Source: Armatimonadota bacterium (GTDB lineage: Bacteria > Armatimonadota > Hebobacteria > CAIYQO01). From it: DNA of 42,287 bases. Positions 10,601-17,087 of the stretch are shown here, piece after piece; position 1 is the stretch's first letter; each line of letters begins with the position of its first letter. Under the pieces are notes generated by a model. That model was not told where the DNA came from. It did not search any database and saw only the letters and a program-made list of their open reading frames with translations. The stretch is taken from contig JBIJDE010000002.1 of the NCBI GenBank assembly GCA_044344305.1, positions 1 to 42,287 on the forward strand, read 5' to 3'. The translations under genes and the position numbers were made by a program.

Positions 10601-10623
10601 ATCTTCTTTTTCTTACTATTCAT
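7606..10623 (-). CDS. CheB methylesterase-CheR methyltransferase fusion with heptad coiled coil and C-terminal PAS domains
   Basis: CheB-type [18 protein letters not shown]. CheR-type [13 protein letters not shown] and [23 protein letters not shown]. Heptad repeat [46 protein letters not shown]. PAS-like C-terminal blocks ([28 protein letters not shown]). Confidence 0.9.
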   Translation of the reverse strand: [1005 protein letters not shown]

Positions 10624-10872
10624 TATGTGTACCTTTTTTATTTAGCAATTCTTTCGCTGTTGTGATTAAACTGGCACACAGATTCTATTTCATGTATATG
10701 CACAACTGTAAAAGTTATAATATATTATCATACCATATTTATTTATAATATTGGGGTGCTATATGCAACTTTTTATTTTTTATTTTTTTATTTGTATTGT
10801 CTGGTTATTTGTGATTTTTTCAGGCTCTTGCCAAACCATACTAAATTATATAATCAACCCAACCACCCCCTA

Positions 10873-11164
10873 CCCCCTCCTTGGCAAGCTGTGCTTTATA
10901 CACATCTTATTAAAATGAAAAATAATGTTTTATTTTAGACGACCCCAGCGGGGTCGAATAATTATAGAACAGTATTTCAACCAATAAATCCGACCCCAGA
11001 GTGGGTCGCATATAATCAAGCAGATTACCGGTCATTATATGCGACCAATTCTGGGGTCGAAAATCTTATGTTGAATTATTTCTACAAATATGTGACCCCG
11101 CTGGGGTCAAAATGAAATGTTTTACAAACATGTGTATAAAGCACAGTCTTGGCAAGGAGGGGAG
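10873..11164. mobile_element. MITE-like non-coding element 1 (~290 bp) bounded by ~33-bp terminal inverted repeats
   Basis: The left end is CCCCCTCCTTGGCAAGCTGTGCTTTATACACAT (10873-10905). The right end is ATGTGTATAAAGCACAGTCTTGGCAAGGAGGGGAG (11130-11164). They are reverse complements apart from 1 mismatch and 1 indel. The interior is made of GACCCC...GGGGTC palindromes and has no ORF. Confidence 0.5.
10991..11059. repeat. Long hairpin inside element 1 (26-nt arms, 17-nt loop)
   Basis: CGACCCCAGAGTGGGTCGCATATAAT (10991-11016) pairs with ATTATATGCGACCAATTCTGGGGTCG (11034-11059), with 2 mismatches. Shorter palindromes lie at 10940-10956 (CGACCCCAGCGGGGTCG) and 11093-11109 (TGACCCCGCTGGGGTCA). 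Confidence 0.7.
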
Positions 11165-11223
11165 TTATGGTAGTTACTTGATAAAATAATGGTTGCTTTA
11201 ATAAACAAAACCTTCATTTTAAA

Positions 11224-11572
11224 CTCCCCTCCTTGCCAAGCTGTGCTTTATACACATTTATGTTATCATTTTAATTGAAAATATTGGCTGACGAGGTAGG
11301 GGAATTGTCCCCAATTCCCGCGCCGAACCGTGATAATGATGTAGTTCAGCGTAACAGCGACAGTTTTTTTGCGTGGTGTTGTGATTTGCCAACCTTATTT
11401 TGTCGTTTTAACCGTTTCGTCTTTATTCTGCAGACTCTTTCGCGGGAGTTGGGGACAACTCCCCTACCTTTACCGGATATTTCTGAATTATAGATGTGAA
11501 AATATGCACCATTTATAAATTTTATGTTAATTTACAAGTTGTGTATAAAGCACAGCTTGCCCAGGAGGGGAG
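11224..11572. mobile_element. MITE-like non-coding element 2 (~350 bp) with the same terminal inverted repeats as element 1
   Basis: CTCCCCTCCTTGCCAAGCTGTGCTTTATACACAT (11224-11257) is the inverse of GTGTATAAAGCACAGCTTGCCCAGGAGGGGAG (11541-11572), with 2 mismatches. The ends are the same as in element 1, but the cargo is different. Confidence 0.5.
11294..11469. repeat. 29-nt inverted repeat enclosing 118 nt (cargo of element 2); possible structured RNA or cruciform
   Basis: AGGTAGGGGAATTGTCCCCAATTCCCGCG (11294-11322) pairs with CGCGGGAGTTGGGGACAACTCCCCTACCT (11441-11469). 27 of 29 positions are complementary; one of the two exceptions is a G-U-compatible position. Each arm also holds a local GGGGA-n4-TCCCC hairpin. 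Confidence 0.6.
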
Positions 11573-11606
11573 TTTAAATTAGATAATATCTTTTGCTTTT
11601 AATGTA

Positions 11607-11634
11607 AAAACTGAAAACTGAAAACTGAAAACTT
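11607..11634. repeat. Heptamer tandem repeat (AAAACTG) x4
   Basis: AAAACTGAAAACTGAAAACTGAAAACTT lies directly upstream of the GH116 ribosome-binding site. Confidence 0.9.
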
Positions 11635-11665
11635 ATCCAATAAATTGTAAAAAAGGAGAAATAAT

Positions 11666-14374
11666 ATGACCAAACCATTTACAGATGAAGTGTTGCATCA
11701 GCAAGGTGGGCAGCGCAGTTTTACCGGGAAGCAGTTGACTGAAATTGCTTTTCCGCTGGGTGGTATCGGCACTGGTACTATCAGCCTGGGTGGACGCGGC
11801 AATTTGCGGGATTTCGAGATTTTTAATAATCCCAATAAGGGTTTCACCGTACCTTTCTCATTTTTTGCGTTATGGGCAAAGCCGGAAGGCGGGGAGCCGG
11901 TGGCGAAGATTCTGGAAGGGAAGATTCCCCCACCGTATCGCAATGGTTTTGGTGAGTCGCCGGGAGAATTAAACGGTGTGTCGCGTTTCAGTAATGCAAC
12001 TTTTAAAGGCGAATATCCAACAGCAACATTAAACTTATCAGACAAAGATGTGCCAGTTACAGCAGAATTAACCGCTTGGAACCCGTTCATACCGTTGAAT
12101 GTCCATGACAGCGCGATACCGACGGCGATATTTGAGTGGACTATCAGCAACCCGACAAACGCGCCGGTCGAGATATCCCTGGCTGCCAGCATGGAAAACC
12201 CGCTGACAAAAAAAGATGCCACTGGGAAAAAGATTGGCAATGGCGCATTGAACAGCTACCAGGCGGCAGGGAATCTGCGCGGCGTGCTGCTATCCCACCC
12301 GGACGAAGATGTTAACAGCGGCAATACCGGCACTATCGCAATAAGTTCGCCGTGGGCAAAGACCGATTGTGTCACTCGCTGGTATCGCGGCGGTTGGTGG
12401 GACAAAGCCCATCTATTCTGGGATAATTTCGCTGCCACAGGAAAGGTTGCCCAGGTGCTGGATGCTGACCCAGCCCCGCATAACGGCGATGTCGCATCGA
12501 TAATTTTGCACGCCGTTGTCCCTGCCAATGGCTCCGTTACTTTGCCGGTATATATAACCTGGCATTTCCCCAAATTAGATAATCCATGGCGCAGCGATAT
12601 GGAAAACCTGCCTGCTGTGCTGGATAATTATGTCAGCGCCCATTACCGCGACGCATGGGCAGTGGCGGATTATATTAACTCATCAATTAACCGTTTACGC
12701 GATGAAACCACCCGCTGGCAACAGTCGATCTTTGCCAACACTTTGCCTGATTATTTACTGGAAGCGATTACCAGCCAGTCAAGCATCATGCGAACCAACA
12801 CCTGTTACCTGTTGGCGGATGGCAATTTCTTTGCGTGGGAAGGTTGTGGCGACAAGGCTGGCTGCTGTCATGGTTCCTGTACCCACGTATGGAATTACGA
12901 ACAGGCTTTGGCATTCTTATTCCCACAGTTGGAGCGCACCATGCGCCGCACCGAATTTTTATATAACACCCGTGAATCCGGCAATATGGCGTTCCGCACC
13001 AGCCTTCCCCCTGGCGGCAAGCTATGGGATTTCAAACCGTGTGCCGATGGGCAGATGGGAACTATCATTCAGGTTTACCGCGATTGGCAGTTATCCGGCG
13101 ATGATGATTTTCTCCGCGAAATATGGCCAAATGTTAAATGCGCACTGGAATATGCATGGACAATGACGCCAGATAAAATGCAAGGCGGCGGTAGCGGGGT
13201 AATAAACGCGTCGGACAGCGAAAAACGCAGCATAGACTCGCTTTGGGACCCGAATAAAGATGGCGTGATGGAAGGCGAACAGCACAACACCTACGACATC
13301 GAGTTCTTTGGCCCAAATACCATGTGTACCGCCATGTATCTGGGGGCATTGCGGTCATGCGAAGAGATTGCCCGCTATTTGGGTGAAGACGATAAAGCCG
13401 CCGAATACCGCGCTATTTATGAAAGTGGCCGCGCCAAGGTAGATGCAGAACTGTGGAATGGCGAGTATTACATACAAAAAGTTGATGTCATTTCCGAAGT
13501 CACCGTGCCAGAAGTGCTGCGCAGTCCGGAAGGCGATTGCTGTGGACCAACCTGCGAATGCAAACAGTCGCCCGGCGGCAAAAAATCCGCCATCTCCGGC
13601 AACGCGTTAGTGCCGAAATACCAGTATGGCGAAGGCTGTCTGTCTGATCAACTGCTGGGTCAATGGGCGTCCCACGTCGCCGGTTTGGGTTATTTGTTGA
13701 ATCAGGATAATGTTCGTACCACTTTGTTGTCGATATTCAAAAATAACTTCCGCGCTCCGATTGGCGATTTTAACAATGTACAGCGGGTATATGCTTTGAA
13801 TGATGAGGCTGGTCTGCTGCTATGTTCATGGCCCCATGGCAACCGTCCCGCACTGCCATTCGTATATTCTGACGAAGTGTGGACCGGTATCGAGTACCAC
13901 GTCGCCGCTCATTTAGTATATGAAGGCTGGATAGCCGAGGGTCTAACCATTGTAAAAGCAGTCAGCGACCGTTACGCCGGCAATAACCGCAACCCCTGGA
14001 ATCAGATAGAATGCGGTCATCATTACGCCCGGGCAATGGCGTCATGGTCGGTAAAACTGGCGTTGGACGGCTTCACCTACAGCCTGCCCACCGCCACCCT
14101 CGGGTTCGCGCCAAAGATAAATGCCGACAATTACACAACATTCTGGTCCACCAGCACCGGTTGGGGAACCTACCAGCAAGACATCGCCGCCGGTAAATTT
14201 ACCTTGACGGTAAAATACGGCATCCAACAACTGAAACAACTGGAAATAGCAGATTTGCCAGCCGACAACATCACCGCGAATGGCGTTGCAGTAAAACGCG
14301 AAGGCAATGTGGTGGTATTTGGGGAGACCATGAAGTTAGGGCAGGACGAGGCTGTTGAGATAAAAGTTGGGTAG
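11666..14374 (+). CDS. Glycoside hydrolase family 116 (GBA2-type beta-glucosidase / glucosylceramidase-like)
   Basis: AAGGAG lies 7 nt upstream of the ATG. The GH116 N-terminal signature is FPLGGIGTGTISLGGRGNLRDFEIFNNP. The catalytic-domain block is GCGDKAGCCHGSCTHVWNYEQALAFLFPQLERTMRR. The length (902 aa) is typical for the family. Confidence 0.85.
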   Translation: MTKPFTDEVLHQQGGQRSFTGKQLTEIAFPLGGIGTGTISLGGRGNLRDFEIFNNPNKGFTVPFSFFALWAKPEGGEPVAKILEGKIPPPYRNGFGESPGELNGVSRFSNATFKGEYPTATLNLSDKDVPVTAELTAWNPFIPLNVHDSAIPTAIFEWTISNPTNAPVEISLAASMENPLTKKDATGKKIGNGALNSYQAAGNLRGVLLSHPDEDVNSGNTGTIAISSPWAKTDCVTRWYRGGWWDKAHLFWDNFAATGKVAQVLDADPAPHNGDVASIILHAVVPANGSVTLPVYITWHFPKLDNPWRSDMENLPAVLDNYVSAHYRDAWAVADYINSSINRLRDETTRWQQSIFANTLPDYLLEAITSQSSIMRTNTCYLLADGNFFAWEGCGDKAGCCHGSCTHVWNYEQALAFLFPQLERTMRRTEFLYNTRESGNMAFRTSLPPGGKLWDFKPCADGQMGTIIQVYRDWQLSGDDDFLREIWPNVKCALEYAWTMTPDKMQGGGSGVINASDSEKRSIDSLWDPNKDGVMEGEQHNTYDIEFFGPNTMCTAMYLGALRSCEEIARYLGEDDKAAEYRAIYESGRAKVDAELWNGEYYIQKVDVISEVTVPEVLRSPEGDCCGPTCECKQSPGGKKSAISGNALVPKYQYGEGCLSDQLLGQWASHVAGLGYLLNQDNVRTTLLSIFKNNFRAPIGDFNNVQRVYALNDEAGLLLCSWPHGNRPALPFVYSDEVWTGIEYHVAAHLVYEGWIAEGLTIVKAVSDRYAGNNRNPWNQIECGHHYARAMASWSVKLALDGFTYSLPTATLGFAPKINADNYTTFWSTSTGWGTYQQDIAAGKFTLTVKYGIQQLKQLEIADLPADNITANGVAVKREGNVVVFGETMKLGQDEAVEIKVG

Positions 14375-14391
14375 GTTAACATTATTAATTA

Positions 14392-14459
14392 CACAGAGAT
14401 TCACGGAGTGAAAAAATAATTATCTGTGAGTCTCTGTGTCTCCTCAGTGTATCTCTGTG
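14392..14459. repeat. CACAGAG/CTCTGTG-type imperfect hairpin downstream of the GH116 stop
   Basis: CACAGAGATTCACGGAG (14392-14408) pairs with CTGTGAGTCTCTGTG (14424-14438). A further CTCAGTGTATCTCTGTG follows. The same word family forms the large inverted repeat at 33148-33270. Confidence 0.6.
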
Positions 14460-14487
14460 TAACTAAAACATGTGTAACCCAAAACAG

Positions 14488-14516
14488 TTGACGTCCTTCT
14501 CTCATAGCGGTAATCT
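14488..14516 (+). promoter_or_regulatory. Candidate sigma70-type promoter for the PBP gene
   Basis: TTGACG (14488-14493), 17-nt spacer, TAATCT (14511-14516). The predicted start site falls at about 14523, right at the annotated GTG. Confidence 0.35.
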
Positions 14517-14522
14517 TTATCT

Positions 14523-15914
14523 GTGGAAAATGAATTGGATGTGCGGATTCGCCGCATGTATCTTTTAATATCAATATTATTCGTCTTGATGCTGTGCTGG
14601 CAGGCGCAGTGGCATTTGTGGCGCGCCGGCTTTTTGGCGGATTTACCGACTAACCGACGGGCGATGCGAACCGAACAGAGCATACCGCGTGGCACTATTT
14701 ATGATTGCAGCGGGCAAAAATTAGCCTGGACAGTAGGACGGGTACGTAAATATGCCGACCCATTCTCGTTATCCGGCATCATTGGCTATGTAAATCCCAA
14801 GTATGGCCGCGCCGGGGTGGAAAAAGCGTTAAACAGCGAACTTGCCGGGATAATAAAAAGTTTTGACAGCGCGGAAATAACCCGTATTTTAAATGGCGAC
14901 AAGCGCAGCGGCAAAGATATCACCCTGACGATAGATTTAAAGTTGCAAAATGCCGCTTATGCCGCGCTGGATAACCGACGGGGTGCGGTGGCAGTTATCG
15001 AACCAGCCAGCGGACGGGTATTGGCACTGGCGACCAGTCCGACATTTAATATCAACGACCCCAGCAAAAAAGGTGATGACGGCAGCATGACCAACCGCGC
15101 CATTGCCGGACTGTATCCTCCCGGCAGTACTATGAAGGTGCTAACCGCGGCGACAGCACTGCAAGACGACCCTACATCGGCAGGCACCACATATACCTGT
15201 GAAGGCAATACTACTTACGATAAAATAAAAATTACTGATTATCATGGCGAACGTCACGGCACCATCGCCATGCAACAGGCACTCACCCATAGCTGCAACT
15301 ATTATTTTGCCCGCACCGCCATTAATCTCGGTTTTGACAAATTAGAATCCAGCGTGGAAAAATTCGGTTTTAACCGTGATTGGATGAGTGATTTCCCACT
15401 GGCGGTAAAGAAAAGTCGGCTGATTAACGAAAACAGGTTTATCCCCGAAGGCGAACTGGCGCAAATAGGTTTTGGTCAGGGTACCGTCACGGTAACCCCA
15501 CTGCAGATGGCAATGGTCGCCGCCACCGTGGCAAATGACGGCGTACTGATGCGGCCATACCTGATTGATAAGATACAAAAACTGGGGAAACCCGCGCAGA
15601 TATTCGCACCGGAAACGCTGGACAACCCCATGGATATTGATAACGCGCAAAAACTGGCAGAGATGATGCGCAATGTAGTGACATCCGGCACCGGCACCCG
15701 CGCCAATCTGCGTAACGTGCGCATCTCCGGCAAAACCGGCACCGCGCAACAGGTAGGCGGCGACGACCATGCCTGGTTCATCGGCTTTGCTGAGAAAGAA
15801 GTAAACGGCACCACCTCAAAAATCGCCTTTGCGGTAGTTCTGGAACGCGGCGGAACCGGTGGTAAAATAGCCGCCCCAGTAGCCGCAAAAGTAGCGGAAG
15901 CGTGGAGCGAGTGA
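14523..15914 (+). CDS. Class B penicillin-binding protein (PBP2/FtsI/PbpA-like D,D-transpeptidase)
   Basis: N-terminal membrane anchor YLLISILFVLMLCW. Active-site motifs SxxK (GSTMKVLTAA), SxN (HSCNYYF) and KTG (SGKTGTAQ). The start is ambiguous: GTG at 14523 or in-frame ATG at 14556. Confidence 0.85.
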   Translation: MENELDVRIRRMYLLISILFVLMLCWQAQWHLWRAGFLADLPTNRRAMRTEQSIPRGTIYDCSGQKLAWTVGRVRKYADPFSLSGIIGYVNPKYGRAGVEKALNSELAGIIKSFDSAEITRILNGDKRSGKDITLTIDLKLQNAAYAALDNRRGAVAVIEPASGRVLALATSPTFNINDPSKKGDDGSMTNRAIAGLYPPGSTMKVLTAATALQDDPTSAGTTYTCEGNTTYDKIKITDYHGERHGTIAMQQALTHSCNYYFARTAINLGFDKLESSVEKFGFNRDWMSDFPLAVKKSRLINENRFIPEGELAQIGFGQGTVTVTPLQMAMVAATVANDGVLMRPYLIDKIQKLGKPAQIFAPETLDNPMDIDNAQKLAEMMRNVVTSGTGTRANLRNVRISGKTGTAQQVGGDDHAWFIGFAEKEVNGTTSKIAFAVVLERGGTGGKIAAPVAAKVAEAWSE

Positions 15915-15962
15915 AGAGAGAAGAGTGAAATTGCAAATTGCAAATTGCAAATGGTAAATTGT
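15913..15962. repeat. Heptamer tandem repeats (GAAGAGN x2, then AAATTGC x3 plus 2 degenerate units)
   Basis: GAAGAGAGAAGAGT is followed by AAATTGCAAATTGCAAATTGCAAATGGTAAATTGT. The array begins within the PBP stop codon (TGA 15912-15914). Confidence 0.85.
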
Positions 15963-15979
15963 TGAATTTTATATAAATT

Positions 15980-16022
15980 TCGATTTCGGTCGTGCAGACG
16001 ACTTCAATCGATTTCGGTCGTG
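15980..16022 (+). promoter_or_regulatory. Two copies of a 15-nt direct repeat upstream of the L,D-transpeptidase gene, abutting a TATACT box
   Basis: TCGATTTCGGTCGTG occurs at 15980-15994 and at 16008-16022 (28 nt start to start). TATACT follows immediately at 16023-16028. The ATG is at 16070, with AAGGA at 16053-16057. Confidence 0.35.
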
Positions 16023-16069
16023 TATACTGTGAAATATTTACCTTCTTTGCGTAAGGAAAATGTAGAAAT

Positions 16070-16795
16070 ATGAAGCTTAAACGGATTCATATATTGTATT
16101 TTTTATTAGCATTATGCCTTATTGGGATACCTTTTAGAAGATATCTTCAGCGGGAGTTTATTGCAGTGATACAGCAAATTAAAGGCAAAAAGACTGTCAG
16201 TGACCGGGTAACACAATACAGTGATGTTGTTCATGAACGGTTGAATCTTCATTTTCAAAAAATTAACGTTTCTTATCCACCAACACGTCTTACTCTGGTA
16301 GGGATAAAAGACCAGAAAAAGATGGAGGTTTGGGTGGCTGGTAAAGACAAGAAGTTCAGGTTGCTGCGAATTTACCCGATACTCGGGATGAGTGGTGAGT
16401 TGGGGCCAAAATTGAAAGAAGGTGACGGGCAGGTTCCTGAAGGATTGTACCGCATAGAATCGCTGAATCCCAATAGTTCGTACCATCTCGCTCTGCGGGT
16501 GAATTACCCCAATGATTACGACAAGGAAAAAGGGAAAGCAGATAATAGAAAAAACCTTGGTTCCGATATCATGATTCACGGCAACACCTGTTCAATTGGC
16601 TGTCTTGCCATGGGTGACGAAACCGCAGAAGATTTATTCGTCCTGGCAGCAGAAACAGGTATCGACAATGTATCTGTAATCCTTACCCCAACAGATTTTC
16701 GTATTAAAGAAGCAACGAAAGATTTACCACAAACTCCTGAATGGACAGCAGAATTATATGAAAAAATTAAAGTTGATCTGAAAAAATTAAAGTAA
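16070..16795 (+). CDS. L,D-transpeptidase-fold protein (YkuD/YafK-like)
   Basis: N-terminal hydrophobic anchor or signal (ILYFLLALCLIGI). The catalytic-type block IMIHGNTCSIGCLAMGDETAEDLF fits the H-G...S-x-G-C motif of YkuD-family enzymes. Confidence 0.65.
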   Translation: MKLKRIHILYFLLALCLIGIPFRRYLQREFIAVIQQIKGKKTVSDRVTQYSDVVHERLNLHFQKINVSYPPTRLTLVGIKDQKKMEVWVAGKDKKFRLLRIYPILGMSGELGPKLKEGDGQVPEGLYRIESLNPNSSYHLALRVNYPNDYDKEKGKADNRKNLGSDIMIHGNTCSIGCLAMGDETAEDLFVLAAETGIDNVSVILTPTDFRIKEATKDLPQTPEWTAELYEKIKVDLKKLK

Positions 16796-16898
16796 ATTTC
16801 CGATTTAATCGATTTTAAAAACCATATAAAACACAAATAGCCCAATAAATAAATGTCACCCACCAGAAACTACATTAAAATGAAATAATGTGGTCGTC

Positions 16899-16926
16899 GT
16901 AGAGACGCAAGGCCTTGCGACTCTAC
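16899..16926. repeat. GTAGAGACGCAA...TTGCG(A/T)CTCTAC palindromic unit
   Basis: GTAGAGACGCAAGG pairs with CCTTGCGACTCTAC (1 mismatch). The same family forms the hairpin after hydA at 26565-26592. Confidence 0.7.
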
Positions 16927-16980
16927 ATCGGCACAATCTTTAAATGATATAGCGTTTCGTGTGTGAAATTTCATTTTTTC

Positions 16981-17028
16981 AATCCTATTAATCGATGTAA
17001 AAACAACAAAGCCCACAAAAGGTTAAAT
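16981..17028 (+). promoter_or_regulatory. Conserved upstream motif shared with the NlpC/P60 gene
   Basis: AATCCTATTAATCGATGTAAAAA (16981-17003) matches 21 of 23 nt of the minus-strand sequence at 42209-42231. A second shared block, ACAAAAGGTTAAAT, lies at 17015-17028. The first block ends 85 nt upstream of the ATG at 17088. Confidence 0.4.
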
Positions 17029-17087
17029 ATCTACGATTCGTTAGCACTATTCAATAATCCTGAAAATAATGTTAATATATTCCGCAG

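Noticed and set aside
10349-10938. Plus-strand ORFs of 98, 99 and 60 aa (10349-10645, 10449-10748, 10756-10938)
   Set aside because: The first two run antisense to the CheB-CheR gene's 5' end and into a T-rich, low-complexity upstream region. The third lies in T-runs and the MITE end. None has a domain signal or a ribosome-binding site.
11275-11493. 72-aa ORF in the large intergenic island
   Set aside because: Its 5' and 3' ends are encoded by the two arms of the 29-nt inverted repeat, and it lies inside a MITE-like element. It has no ribosome-binding site. It is better explained as repeat DNA.
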